Below, piece by piece: positions 37,986 to 46,533 of a DNA stretch of 64,000 nt. This DNA comes from a virus: positions 2,470-66,469 of IMG/VR virus record IMGVR_UViG_3300027896_001999; one strand, 5' to 3'. How positions within the stretch are numbered: the stretch's first letter is position 1; each line of letters starts with the position of its first letter. The notes under the pieces are model-generated. The model did no database searches. It saw only the letters and a list, made by a program, of their open reading frames with translations, and was not told the DNA's origin. The translations under genes and the position numbers were made by a program.

Positions 37986-38399
37986 ATGAATAAAAGAAAA
38001 CTCACAGAAGAACAAGTACAAGAGATAAAAAGTTCCCCTTTTCATTATAGAGAACTTATGGAAATGTATAGAGTCAGTAGAAGCTGTGTCAGTAAGATAC
38101 GAAGAGGAGAAAGAAGAAAGGACTTTAGAGGAAACCTCACAGATGAACAAGTCCAAGAAATAAAAGTATTCCCCCTTATTCATCGTAAAGATCTTGCAGA
38201 AAAATATGGGGTCAGTGTCTCCTATATCGGTAAGATACGAAGAATGGGGTATAAAAGAAAACTTACAGACGAACAAGTACAAGAAATAAGGGATACCACA
38301 CTTCTTCAGTACAAAGATCTGGCGAAAATATACGGAGTCAGTAAAAGTTGCATAAGTAAGATCAGAGCGAACGGAGATGGTCAATGTCTACAAGTGTAA
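37986..38399 (+). CDS. Triple helix-turn-helix repeat protein
   Basis: Three LT[ED]EQVQEI...[EI].Y.VS.S...KIR units; ATG at 37986. Confidence 0.8.
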   Translation: MNKRKLTEEQVQEIKSSPFHYRELMEMYRVSRSCVSKIRRGERRKDFRGNLTDEQVQEIKVFPLIHRKDLAEKYGVSVSYIGKIRRMGYKRKLTDEQVQEIRDTTLLQYKDLAKIYGVSKSCISKIRANGDGQCLQV

Positions 38400-38842
38400 A
38401 CTTCAATAAGGGGAAAAGAAAGCTAACAGATTCTCAAATTCAATTCGTTCTATCTTCTACCCTACCATTGAAGACTCTCGCGAAAGGACTCAAAGTGAGT
38501 GTATCTTACATAAGCCATATCAGAACAGGAAAACGGCGACAGGGCGAACCCTGGGTTAATCGTAAGTGCGCCAAGACAGACCATAGAAAAAAGCTGACCG
38601 AAGATCAAGTGAAAGAGATAAGCGTATCCCCTCAGCCATTAAGAGAAATAGCGGAAAAGTACTCTATCTCCATTGCTTCTGTATGTAGAATAAAGTCGGG
38701 GTCACAAAGATTTTCTAAAGAAGATAATTTAGAACAGACTAAGATGTTCTATGACGCCATAAAAGAATTAGACGCCGACGACCGGCGAATGGACTTAGAA
38801 GATAAGACAGAAACGGAGATTGAACATGAAGGAACAAATTAA
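38384..38842 (+). CDS. Double helix-turn-helix repeat protein
   Basis: KLTDSQI...VSVSYISHIRTG and KLTEDQVKEI...ISIASVCRIKSG. Confidence 0.78.
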   Translation: MSTSVNFNKGKRKLTDSQIQFVLSSTLPLKTLAKGLKVSVSYISHIRTGKRRQGEPWVNRKCAKTDHRKKLTEDQVKEISVSPQPLREIAEKYSISIASVCRIKSGSQRFSKEDNLEQTKMFYDAIKELDADDRRMDLEDKTETEIEHEGTN

Positions 38843-38993
38843 AGAACACCATAAAAGCGGAGTTTACGAAACAGAGTACGGTAATGCTTGTAATTATTAC
38901 GAAGGGGACGAAACGGCTTACGATATAGATATGCTTGACACTATACCCATTGAGATGGTGGATTTCACAAAGTTCATAAGAGACTTTGAATAA
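38826..38993 (+). CDS. 55-aa acidic hypothetical protein
   Basis: Hand translation MKEQIKEHHKSGVYETEYGNAC...FIRDFE; GGAG RBS. Confidence 0.55.
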   Translation: MKEQIKEHHKSGVYETEYGNACNYYEGDETAYDIDMLDTIPIEMVDFTKFIRDFE

Positions 38994-39003
38994 GGATAGA
39001 CCT

Positions 39004-39432
39004 ATGACAAACGAAAATACCACATCAGGTTCTGTTGCCCCAAACGAACAAGAACTGAGTGTCTGTCCATATTGTAGAAAAGAACTACATGACCATAAGA
39101 AACAGATTTTTCAGTTTCAGGGGAAAGAGATTAGAATTCTCCGGGAAGGGGGAGAAATCTGGTACGTGGCGAAAGACGTATGCAAAGTGTTTGAGGTGAA
39201 AAGAATTAAAACGATTCTCAAGTTCATGAACCCAGAACAAAGGAAAGTTGTGGAGAAGTCCAAGGTCGCTCGCTTAGATAAAAGGGATTCTAATGGAAAT
39301 GCGAGTATAAACGTAATCCATGAGACTGGAGTGAGAAAACTTATTTCTATAGCAAGTAAAGAGGCCAACGCTTTAAAATTTGGTGAATGGATGGATGATA
39401 TGAGCAAGGTCTTAGAGGAGAACGGAGAATGA
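39004..39432 (+). CDS. BRO-N domain (antirepressor-like) protein
   Basis: FQFQGKEIRIL..GEIWYVAKDVC, I.E.G...LI..S....A..F..W. Confidence 0.85.
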   Translation: MTNENTTSGSVAPNEQELSVCPYCRKELHDHKKQIFQFQGKEIRILREGGEIWYVAKDVCKVFEVKRIKTILKFMNPEQRKVVEKSKVARLDKRDSNGNASINVIHETGVRKLISIASKEANALKFGEWMDDMSKVLEENGE

Positions 39433-39590
39433 AGATAGACGGTATTCGTAGTGTCTATATGGGAATGAAACAGAAAAGAAAGGTTATTTCTTTTAAGAAA
39501 AGAGTGGAAGCAATACAGGAAACGAACAGAATATTCGAAGTTTACGATAAGAACGGAAACTCCGTCTATTCTGGTGTTCCTAAGAAATAA
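39429..39590 (+). CDS. 53-aa basic hypothetical protein
   Basis: Hand translation; ATGA overlap with the BRO gene. Confidence 0.55.
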   Translation: MKIDGIRSVYMGMKQKRKVISFKKRVEAIQETNRIFEVYDKNGNSVYSGVPKK

Positions 39591-40507
39591 AAGAAAGGAG
39601 AACGAAGAATGAGTATTAAAATTAAGAACAGATTTAAAGGCACAGTAATTCTATCGGGAGAATATGAAAGTTTAAAGGATTGCTTAGAAAAAAATTCCGG
39701 AGCCGATTTATCCGGAGCCGATTTACCCGGAGCCAATTTATACAGAGCCAATTTATCCGAAGCCGATTTATCCGGAGCCGATTTATCCGGAGCCAATTTA
39801 CACAGAGCCAATTTACACAGAGCCGATTTATCCGGAGCCTATTTAACCGAAGCCTATTTAACCGGAGCCTATTTAACCGGAGCCAATTTATCCGGAGTCT
39901 ATTTAACCGGGGCCGATTTAACCGGAGCCCATTTATCCGGAGTCTGTTTAACCGGAGCCGATTTATCCGGAGCCCATTTAACCGGAGCCAATTTATCCGG
40001 AGCCAATTTAACCGGAACCAATTTATCCGGAGCCTATTTAACCGGAGCCAATTTAACCGGAGCCAAAGGAATAATCCTTCCCGTAATTTCAATATCCGGT
40101 ACTCGAAATAATTTTTATTATTACAATGGGATCGTAAGAATCGGATGCGAAAGCCATACAGTTGATGAATGGATGGAAAAATACGTAAAAATCGGCGCGC
40201 AGGCAAATTACACGGAATCGGAAATCTCTGAATATTATCAGTATATTAAATTTTGCGCGGGAATTAAAGTTTAAGTATTCCTAAGAAATAAAAGAAAGGA
40301 GAACGAAGAATGAACGAAAAGAAACAAGAAGCTATAAAGCACTATAAAGAGATGATAGAGTGGGCCAAGTGGATTCTGTTGTGATGGTTACTGGTCCAGG
40401 ATGAATGGTGCGAAATCTTGGGGTCAGTGGGTGCCCTATGCAGTTCTTGTCTTACGGCATATAGAAGAACATGGTTAAATAATAAAAGAAAGGAGAACGA
40501 AGAATGA
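39577..40507 (+). repeat. Start-associated direct repeat, three copies (39577-39612, 40278-40313, 40481-40507)
   Basis: TTCCTAAGAAATAAAAGAAAGGAGAACGAAGAATGA twice, last 27 bp a third time. Confidence 0.92.
39609..40274 (+). CDS. Pentapeptide repeat protein
   Basis: More than 20 tandem A[DNYH]L[ST]G-type units; C-terminal IGCE.H...W domain. Confidence 0.92.
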   Translation: MSIKIKNRFKGTVILSGEYESLKDCLEKNSGADLSGADLPGANLYRANLSEADLSGADLSGANLHRANLHRADLSGAYLTEAYLTGAYLTGANLSGVYLTGADLTGAHLSGVCLTGADLSGAHLTGANLSGANLTGTNLSGAYLTGANLTGAKGIILPVISISGTRNNFYYYNGIVRIGCESHTVDEWMEKYVKIGAQANYTESEISEYYQYIKFCAGIKV

Positions 40508-40947
40508 AGAAAGAAAAAGCAGGGAAAGAGTTAATTCTACAGGACATACGTCTGATGGCGATTGACGTACTCACTAAAAATCCAGAAGCCAAACAAAAAG
40601 TATCGGAACTGGTGGAAGATCTACCTTCCGAAGGAAGAGGGGCGACTCTAAAGTATCTCACAGAGGTTTACAATGGTCTTGAGAAATTGTTGCCAGCACA
40701 AAAAGATATATTCAAAGAAACAGTGGACTTCGTGATCAAGAATAGGTATAGGGCGGATATTCCTTCTTACTCTGATAAGATCAATTCCCCAACATCACTT
40801 CACTGGGAGCTCTACAACTTTATAATTCCGAAGTTACCACAAACGACGACCGTCGGTAGGGCAAGGGACATCATCGCTCTTCTGGAAGAGGAAATACGTA
40901 AAGAGTGGGTTGCGTGGAAAATATCAAAGATGAAGGTAAAGAAATGA
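40504..40947 (+). CDS. Hypothetical protein
   Basis: Starts within the third repeat copy, strong RBS. Confidence 0.7.
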   Translation: MKKEKAGKELILQDIRLMAIDVLTKNPEAKQKVSELVEDLPSEGRGATLKYLTEVYNGLEKLLPAQKDIFKETVDFVIKNRYRADIPSYSDKINSPTSLHWELYNFIIPKLPQTTTVGRARDIIALLEEEIRKEWVAWKISKMKVKK

Positions 40948-41213
40948 AAGTGATATACAAGTATCCCATACTAGTGGGGTCTGCCCATATTTATCTTAAC
41001 GAAGACGCAGAGTTGCTGTCTGTTGGTATTCAAAAAGATAAAATAGTTATTTGGGCCATAGTAGACCCTGAAAAATCTTTTCTCAAACTTTTTATTTTTC
41101 ATTGCTACAATACAGGAGGTCCATCCCGAGAGAAGTTCCTTGGGGAATACTTTGGTACAGTGACTTCTTCCAATGGAATAGTGTGGCATGTTTTCGTAGA
41201 GGAAGTGAAATGA
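40944..41213 (+). CDS. Conserved phage hypothetical protein
   Basis: M..IYKY.I...LLSVG.Q...IWA.VD...GTV....VWHVF pattern; ATGA coupling. Confidence 0.7.
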   Translation: MKVIYKYPILVGSAHIYLNEDAELLSVGIQKDKIVIWAIVDPEKSFLKLFIFHCYNTGGPSREKFLGEYFGTVTSSNGIVWHVFVEEVK

Positions 41214-41317
41214 AATTTAAGTTTGAACCACTTGCATGGTTGTTCACATCTCTATTGGTATTGGTCATAGTATGGAATATCTTTTTAATATTCCTTCTAT
41301 GTGGAGGTGTGAAGTGA
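41210..41317 (+). CDS. Small membrane peptide
   Basis: MKFKFEPLAWLFTSLLVLVIVWNIFLIFLLCGGVK; coupled on both sides. Confidence 0.5.
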   Translation: MKFKFEPLAWLFTSLLVLVIVWNIFLIFLLCGGVK

Positions 41318-42231
41318 ACAATGGGTACACGATGAAAATACGAGGCAAGTTCCCTCTTGCGGAACAAGCGAAGGAAAAGGGGAATCTTAGAGATGGGTTC
41401 TTCTCCGTCCCATTTGACTGGAGCAAAGACTATATATGCCAAGAGAAGCAAGATGGATGGAACGCGGTGGTCATAAAAGAGAACGAGGAAACACGATGGG
41501 ATGCGGAATGGTCGATGTATTCTGCTCTCCAAGCTATGTTGCCTACATTGAACAAGTATTTGCCAGACAACTCCATCCTTGTGGGCGAAGCAGGGTACGG
41601 AACGAATTCAGAGACAGAACTCGCATTGAAGAATGGTTATCATAGATTTGTAATATTTGATGTCATTCAATGGGAAGGGAAGAATGTTTGCTCATGGACG
41701 ACCGAGGAACGGCTTAAGATCATTCAGGAACATCAAGATAAGTATTCTCGGTATCCCAAAATACAAGTGGTACCAACTATCTATCTCACTGCGGGGAACA
41801 ATCAAGAAGCTTGCTGGTCGTTCTTTAAAAGTATTGTAGACCGGGGAGGAGAGGGTTGCGTTCTAAAAGAAATGGGTGCCCCATATATCATCGGTGGCGA
41901 AACGAAACAGATGTACAAGATAAAGAAATTTTTAACTAAAGATTTCGTGTTGCTGGGATTTGAAGGGACTGACTCACTCACGTATCTAGAACAGGGAATG
42001 ACTGTGAGTGCGATGTATTGCGGACTCTATGTGAATGGGGTATTGACGAACGTCACAAAGACCAGTGGATTTAATTTTAAATGGCGAAAGGCGTTCTCCG
42101 ATCATCCGGAGCTATATATTGGTAGAGTCGTAGAGCTGGGTGGGAATGAGATATTTAAGACAGGGGCGATGCGTCACTCATCGTTTTTAAGATTCAGAGA
42201 TGACCGGAAACCTGAGGAGTGTACGCTATGA
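41314..42231 (+). CDS. lig: ATP-dependent DNA ligase
   Basis: EKQDG motif I, GE, FDVI, EGCVLK, KIK, OB-fold ending F.RFRDDR; start approximate. Confidence 0.9.
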   Translation: MNNGYTMKIRGKFPLAEQAKEKGNLRDGFFSVPFDWSKDYICQEKQDGWNAVVIKENEETRWDAEWSMYSALQAMLPTLNKYLPDNSILVGEAGYGTNSETELALKNGYHRFVIFDVIQWEGKNVCSWTTEERLKIIQEHQDKYSRYPKIQVVPTIYLTAGNNQEACWSFFKSIVDRGGEGCVLKEMGAPYIIGGETKQMYKIKKFLTKDFVLLGFEGTDSLTYLEQGMTVSAMYCGLYVNGVLTNVTKTSGFNFKWRKAFSDHPELYIGRVVELGGNEIFKTGAMRHSSFLRFRDDRKPEECTL

Positions 42232-42383
42232 CAGTTGAAGCAAGAGTCGATGGTAAAGAATATATTTATATAGAAGAAGTAGATGTATGGCAATGCTGTT
42301 ACTGTGGTGTCCACGCTGATAAGATAGAGAACGTAAAGCATTATGATGGATGTAAAGAAGAACATTATGATTATAATGAATAG
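42228..42383 (+). CDS. 51-aa Cys/His protein
   Basis: Hand translation ...WQCCYCG...H..C; ATGA coupling. Confidence 0.5.
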   Translation: MTVEARVDGKEYIYIEEVDVWQCCYCGVHADKIENVKHYDGCKEEHYDYNE

Positions 42384-42538
42384 GTCAGGGCATGGTGGAA
42401 TAAGGCAACTCGTTTCCGGAAATAGGTTGTTAGACACGACCTGCAGTTCGCTACTGCTTTGCTACCAAGTGCAAATTGTGGAACTTGGTGTGAAGGTAGA
42501 ATTCCTACGGGAACTCAAGTCCTTCTGCCCTGACCTAT
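42380..42538 (+). ncRNA. tRNA-Leu-like structured RNA with hairpin insertions
   Basis: 13-bp terminal stem ATAGGTCAGGGCA/TGCCCTGACCTAT; TGGTGGAAT...TAGACACG D-arm; long variable arm; GAAGGT...TCAAGTCCTTC T-arm. Confidence 0.7.
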
Positions 42539-42583
42539 CCATTATATGGATGGTAAAAGAATAATACAAAAGGAGAAAGTCTT

Positions 42584-42946
42584 ATGGGAAAGAATTACAA
42601 AATGATGGTAGAAGGAAGAGAAGACAAAGACAATGTCTTATTGAAGACATTTGAAAACCTTGAACTGGAAGAAGCGAAGATCCAGGGAGAGAGTTTGATA
42701 ATGGACTGGGAGGAAGAATACGAAAACTTTATAGATGAACATGAAGATAACGAAACCATAAGCCTCGAGATGTTCTGCTCTAAGGTATTGCCTGAACTGA
42801 AAAGCGACGATGAGAGTGTGCTACTGCTCAGTGAAGATGGGGAAGAACAATTTATATACGAAGGGAATTGGGAACTCTATTCTGATGACATAGAAGTAGT
42901 TGATGACGATATAGAGGACGAAGACGAAGAAGAGGTGACTGAGTAA
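42584..42946 (+). CDS. Highly acidic small protein
   Basis: About one third Asp/Glu; AAGGAG RBS. Confidence 0.75.
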   Translation: MGKNYKMMVEGREDKDNVLLKTFENLELEEAKIQGESLIMDWEEEYENFIDEHEDNETISLEMFCSKVLPELKSDDESVLLLSEDGEEQFIYEGNWELYSDDIEVVDDDIEDEDEEEVTE

Positions 42947-43212
42947 TGTCTAACGTGATAAAGAAATATATGCCTTTCGCGTTAAGTCCTATGGATCTCT
43001 TTTTGTTGGACAAACGAGGAAGGTCCGAAGATGATCCACTGTATGGGATAGATATAGAAAAAGAATATCTACTCGTACAAGAAAAAAGAAGTGCCTTGTC
43101 CGCAAGGTTACGAAGACTGGTCGTATTGAGATATGAAAGAGCAAAGGCTATGGCGAAAGCAGAGGCGGACAGTGAAGCCAAAGAGAACACAGAAGAGGTG
43201 GTAAAAAAATGA
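42946..43212 (+). CDS. Hypothetical protein
   Basis: EY.L.Q.K.S.LS...R motif; TAATG coupling. Confidence 0.65.
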   Translation: MSNVIKKYMPFALSPMDLFLLDKRGRSEDDPLYGIDIEKEYLLVQEKRSALSARLRRLVVLRYERAKAMAKAEADSEAKENTEEVVKK

Positions 43213-43424
43213 AGACGCTGACATTTCTTAAAAAAGATGTAGTGAGCGGAATCATAAATACAGAAAGAATATCTTGTTGTGATGTATGTGGTTGTGATGA
43301 AGAATGCCCAAAGAGACGGAATTGCCACATATGGCACGAGTATTCTTCTAATCCAAATGAATGGAGAAAAGAATACATAGAAAGAATGGAGGAAATCTCA
43401 AATGGCTCTAAAAGTAAGGTGTGA
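43209..43424 (+). CDS. Small Cys-rich protein
   Basis: CCDVCGC..C....C; coupled. Confidence 0.55.
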   Translation: MKTLTFLKKDVVSGIINTERISCCDVCGCDEECPKRRNCHIWHEYSSNPNEWRKEYIERMEEISNGSKSKV

Positions 43425-43590
43425 AGTCTATTCCAGAGTAGTTGGGTACTTTAGACCGCTATCTCAATGGAATCCTGGTAAGCAAAAAGAATTCAAGGAC
43501 CGAAATACATTTAAGATCACGGAAGAAACAATAAATAAAGCAAGAAAGAGACAAGATGAAACTGTTTCCAAAGAACTAAAAGAATTTTAA
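43402..43590 (+). CDS. Stand-alone NrdD C-terminal glycyl-radical domain
   Basis: CEVYSRVVGYFRP..QWN.GK..EF.DR. Confidence 0.85.
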   Translation: MALKVRCEVYSRVVGYFRPLSQWNPGKQKEFKDRNTFKITEETINKARKRQDETVSKELKEF

Positions 43591-43613
43591 ATAAACTAAG
43601 AACGAGGTGAAAG

Positions 43614-44345
43614 ATGGGACGAGAGAACGATATAGTTAGGCACTCCTTTTCAGAGTTTGAAAAGTCATGGGGAATTCTCAAAGAAGCGACAAGAAGTGGT
43701 TCTATGAAATGCGTAATAGACAATGAAGAGTGTGTGGTAGATGTAATTGAAAGGTACGGATGGACTAAATGGGGCTTCGCGAAAAGAATACGATTCAAGG
43801 GGAATGATTTTAACATAGTTAGAAAAGAAGATATATGGGTTTCTTTAAAGGAATCCGCCCCATTAACCCCTCTCCCTGTGAAAGAACAGTGCAGGCAGGT
43901 CCCAGAGGAAGTCTTGATATTCCCACTGAATTGGGTTGGGGAAAACGTGCCAATGTTTTATTACGATTCCGAAAGATTCGGTCAAGTCACATGGTTGTCA
44001 AGAAGATGTAAAGAAGAAGGGATAAAGACTCACATGGAATCAGATTACATCCTTCTTTACGCCAAATCTAAGGCGGAAAGATTTAAGGAACTGGTGAAGG
44101 AATCCTTCAAATATGACGACATAAGACCCGCCCCCATTAAAGGAAAGAGTGCCACTTTTCACATAGGTCATGCACTTGCTTGTGTATTGGTGGGCGAAGA
44201 GTCTTTCGTTACAGAGCCACATGTCCCAGACTTGGTAGAATTCATATTCAAGAAACAGATACCCCACACCAAGGTGTTTCGTATCTTCCCCACCAAGGTT
44301 GAAATGGTGGAAGCATTGTTAAAAGAACATAGGATAATTGTATAA
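43614..44345 (+). CDS. Hypothetical protein
   Basis: 243-aa ORF with GAGGTG RBS. Confidence 0.7.
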   Translation: MGRENDIVRHSFSEFEKSWGILKEATRSGSMKCVIDNEECVVDVIERYGWTKWGFAKRIRFKGNDFNIVRKEDIWVSLKESAPLTPLPVKEQCRQVPEEVLIFPLNWVGENVPMFYYDSERFGQVTWLSRRCKEEGIKTHMESDYILLYAKSKAERFKELVKESFKYDDIRPAPIKGKSATFHIGHALACVLVGEESFVTEPHVPDLVEFIFKKQIPHTKVFRIFPTKVEMVEALLKEHRIIV

Positions 44346-44406
44346 ACAGAATAAAGAAATGATGAACGAATGGCGACAATAAAATTATTTCACTAAGAGG
44401 AAGGAT

Positions 44407-44742
44407 ATGCCAATCACGATAGAAGATGAAACCACTGTTAGTATAGAAGGGGAAGACTGTTGGACCGTGAAACAGTTTTCTGCATTGACAGAGAAAGAAC
44501 CCGGGACTATTCGTATGCTCGTCTCAAAAGGAAATCGAATAAGACGACTGAAAGTCATTAAGGTGGCCAACAAGCCATTCATATTGGCCAATGAATTATT
44601 CGACTTTCCTTTTGTTATTAATGGAAGACCTGATGGATTCGCGAACAGCACTTGCGTCACTCGTTACTTTATACGCGAGGATGGGGAACTGGTCAGTAAG
44701 GAAGAACAGTACAAACTTGCAGAAAAAATTGTTGATCAGTAG
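44407..44742 (+). CDS. Putative HTH DNA-binding protein
   Basis: WTVKQFS.L..K...TIR.L...GN..R.L pattern. Confidence 0.6.
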   Translation: MPITIEDETTVSIEGEDCWTVKQFSALTEKEPGTIRMLVSKGNRIRRLKVIKVANKPFILANELFDFPFVINGRPDGFANSTCVTRYFIREDGELVSKEEQYKLAEKIVDQ

Positions 44743-44822
44743 AATAAAGCCATTTCATTATTCTTTAAAATGTCTTATGAATATGATTAAAATAGCTTTA
44801 AGAGAAAGGACTACTGATCGTA

Positions 44823-46421
44823 ATGACAATAAGCCAAATGCAAATACAGAGCTTCATGAAATTCTTTACCGGAGCCCAACATTCATACGGAGAATGTCTA
44901 TACAGTGGTGAAAAGATAAAGGGAAAGTTGACAGGGGCATGTAGGACGATCACAGATAAGCTCATAACCATCAAAGATTACAAAGATCATTTAGAAGGAG
45001 TCCGGGGTCTTGGTATCGTTCCTATATCAGAAAACAGTAAATGCCTTTTTTCTGTAATAGACATAGACATATATGATGCGGATCTTTCTATCTATACAGA
45101 AGCCATAGAAAGAGGTGGTCTTCCCCTTATCCCATTCAGAAGCAAGAGTGGTGGTCTTCATATCTATATGTTTCTTAAGGAAGAAGAAAATGCTAAAGAT
45201 GTGATAGAAGTGATGCGTAAATTTTCTTTTCTTTTATCCATAGACTCTTTCGTTAGAAATAAGAAGAATGGGTTGGTAGAAATTTTTCCAAAGCAAACGA
45301 AACTGAAGAAGGGTGATGCGGGAAGTTGGATCAATCTTCCGTACTATGGAGCGGTTGAATCTTCCCAATACGCGATTCGGAATGGTTCTCCGTTATCTTT
45401 TAATGATTCTTTAACCTATATCGCAGAGAAGCAAACATCTTTGAGGCAGGTGGAAGACTTATTTGAAAACATGGTGTTCAATGATGCTCCACCTTGTCTA
45501 CAGCTATTGTATCTTCTTAACCCATTTGATTCTAATTCAAATCGCAATAATTTTTTATTTTCATTCGGAGTTTATCTAAAAAAGAAAGATGAAGATTTCT
45601 TTGAACAAAGTCTTAAGGAAATCAATGATAGCATAAGAGAACCATTGGAAGAGAAAGAAGTAGAAAGGACCATTCTTTCTTCTTTACGTAAAAAAGATTA
45701 TGTCTATAAGTGTAAAGAAAGTCCCTGTAAAGAATTCTGTAATAAAAAGGAATGCAGGAACCGGGAGTTCGGAATAGGAAAGAACGAGGGGTATTTCAGT
45801 TCTGTAGAAGTGGGTATTCTTTATCAATACAAGACTTCTTCCCCATACTACGAATGGGAAGTCCGTCTACAAGGGCAAGAGGAATTTAAGAGGTTACGAT
45901 TTAAGACTGAGGATGAAATAATAAGACAAGACATGTTCTTACGGCTGTGCATGAGGGAACTGTTTGAACTCCCTTCTAAGTTGAAACAGTCCGAATGGTT
46001 TGACAAAGTAAATAGTGCATTGAAAGCCATAGTTCCCGTGGTCGTAGAAAGGGAAGATGACACATCACCCTTTATGATGATTAAGAGCATGATAACGGAA
46101 TTCTTAACCGGTCGTGCTATGGCGGAAACTAAGGATCAAATAGAAGCCAAGAGAGTATTCTATGATAACACTACTGATGATTACCTATTTCGTACAAAGG
46201 ATTTATTGGAATATGTCTATGTTCAAAAGCAGTTCAAATACTTCAATCCATCGGAACTCCATGGCATATTAAAAGATCTGGGTTGCAGTTCAAGGAAACT
46301 AACTACTGAATCCAGGAAACAATTGAGAGTGACAACTATGGGTAAGAAAAACTTAGATCTGTACGAAGCGAAAGAATTATTCTCACCCGACTTTTCTAAA
46401 TTCTCAGAAGAAGATTTTTAA
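44823..46421 (+). CDS. AEP-family primase
   Basis: HL.G..GLGIVP, IDID, RSKSGGLHIY, EIFPKQ, INLPY, PPC and C-terminal Cys cluster. Confidence 0.88.
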   Translation: MTISQMQIQSFMKFFTGAQHSYGECLYSGEKIKGKLTGACRTITDKLITIKDYKDHLEGVRGLGIVPISENSKCLFSVIDIDIYDADLSIYTEAIERGGLPLIPFRSKSGGLHIYMFLKEEENAKDVIEVMRKFSFLLSIDSFVRNKKNGLVEIFPKQTKLKKGDAGSWINLPYYGAVESSQYAIRNGSPLSFNDSLTYIAEKQTSLRQVEDLFENMVFNDAPPCLQLLYLLNPFDSNSNRNNFLFSFGVYLKKKDEDFFEQSLKEINDSIREPLEEKEVERTILSSLRKKDYVYKCKESPCKEFCNKKECRNREFGIGKNEGYFSSVEVGILYQYKTSSPYYEWEVRLQGQEEFKRLRFKTEDEIIRQDMFLRLCMRELFELPSKLKQSEWFDKVNSALKAIVPVVVEREDDTSPFMMIKSMITEFLTGRAMAETKDQIEAKRVFYDNTTDDYLFRTKDLLEYVYVQKQFKYFNPSELHGILKDLGCSSRKLTTESRKQLRVTTMGKKNLDLYEAKELFSPDFSKFSEEDF

Positions 46422-46533
46422 AAGGAGTACAACATGAGTATAGCATTGCGATTTCAAAGGGGTAATAATCCACGCAGAAGCGGGATATATTATATTATCG
46501 GAATTACGTTCATCCGGGCAATGGAGTTGTCAA

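Noticed and set aside
39004-39432. Temperate lifestyle inferred from the BRO-N gene
   Set aside because: No integrase, CI-like repressor or partition genes seen; BRO-N alone is not diagnostic
39566-40206. Arg-rich repetitive ORFs in other frames, and possible CRISPR-like periodicity
   Set aside because: By-products of the 15-bp pentapeptide coding repeat; no unique spacers
42386-42536. Functional tRNA gene
   Set aside because: Insertions in D and T loops, irregular anticodon arm and no CCA; reported as a tRNA-like ncRNA instead
42343-42564. 73-aa ORF
   Set aside because: Overlaps the tRNA-like structure and a better-coupled small ORF; no RBS
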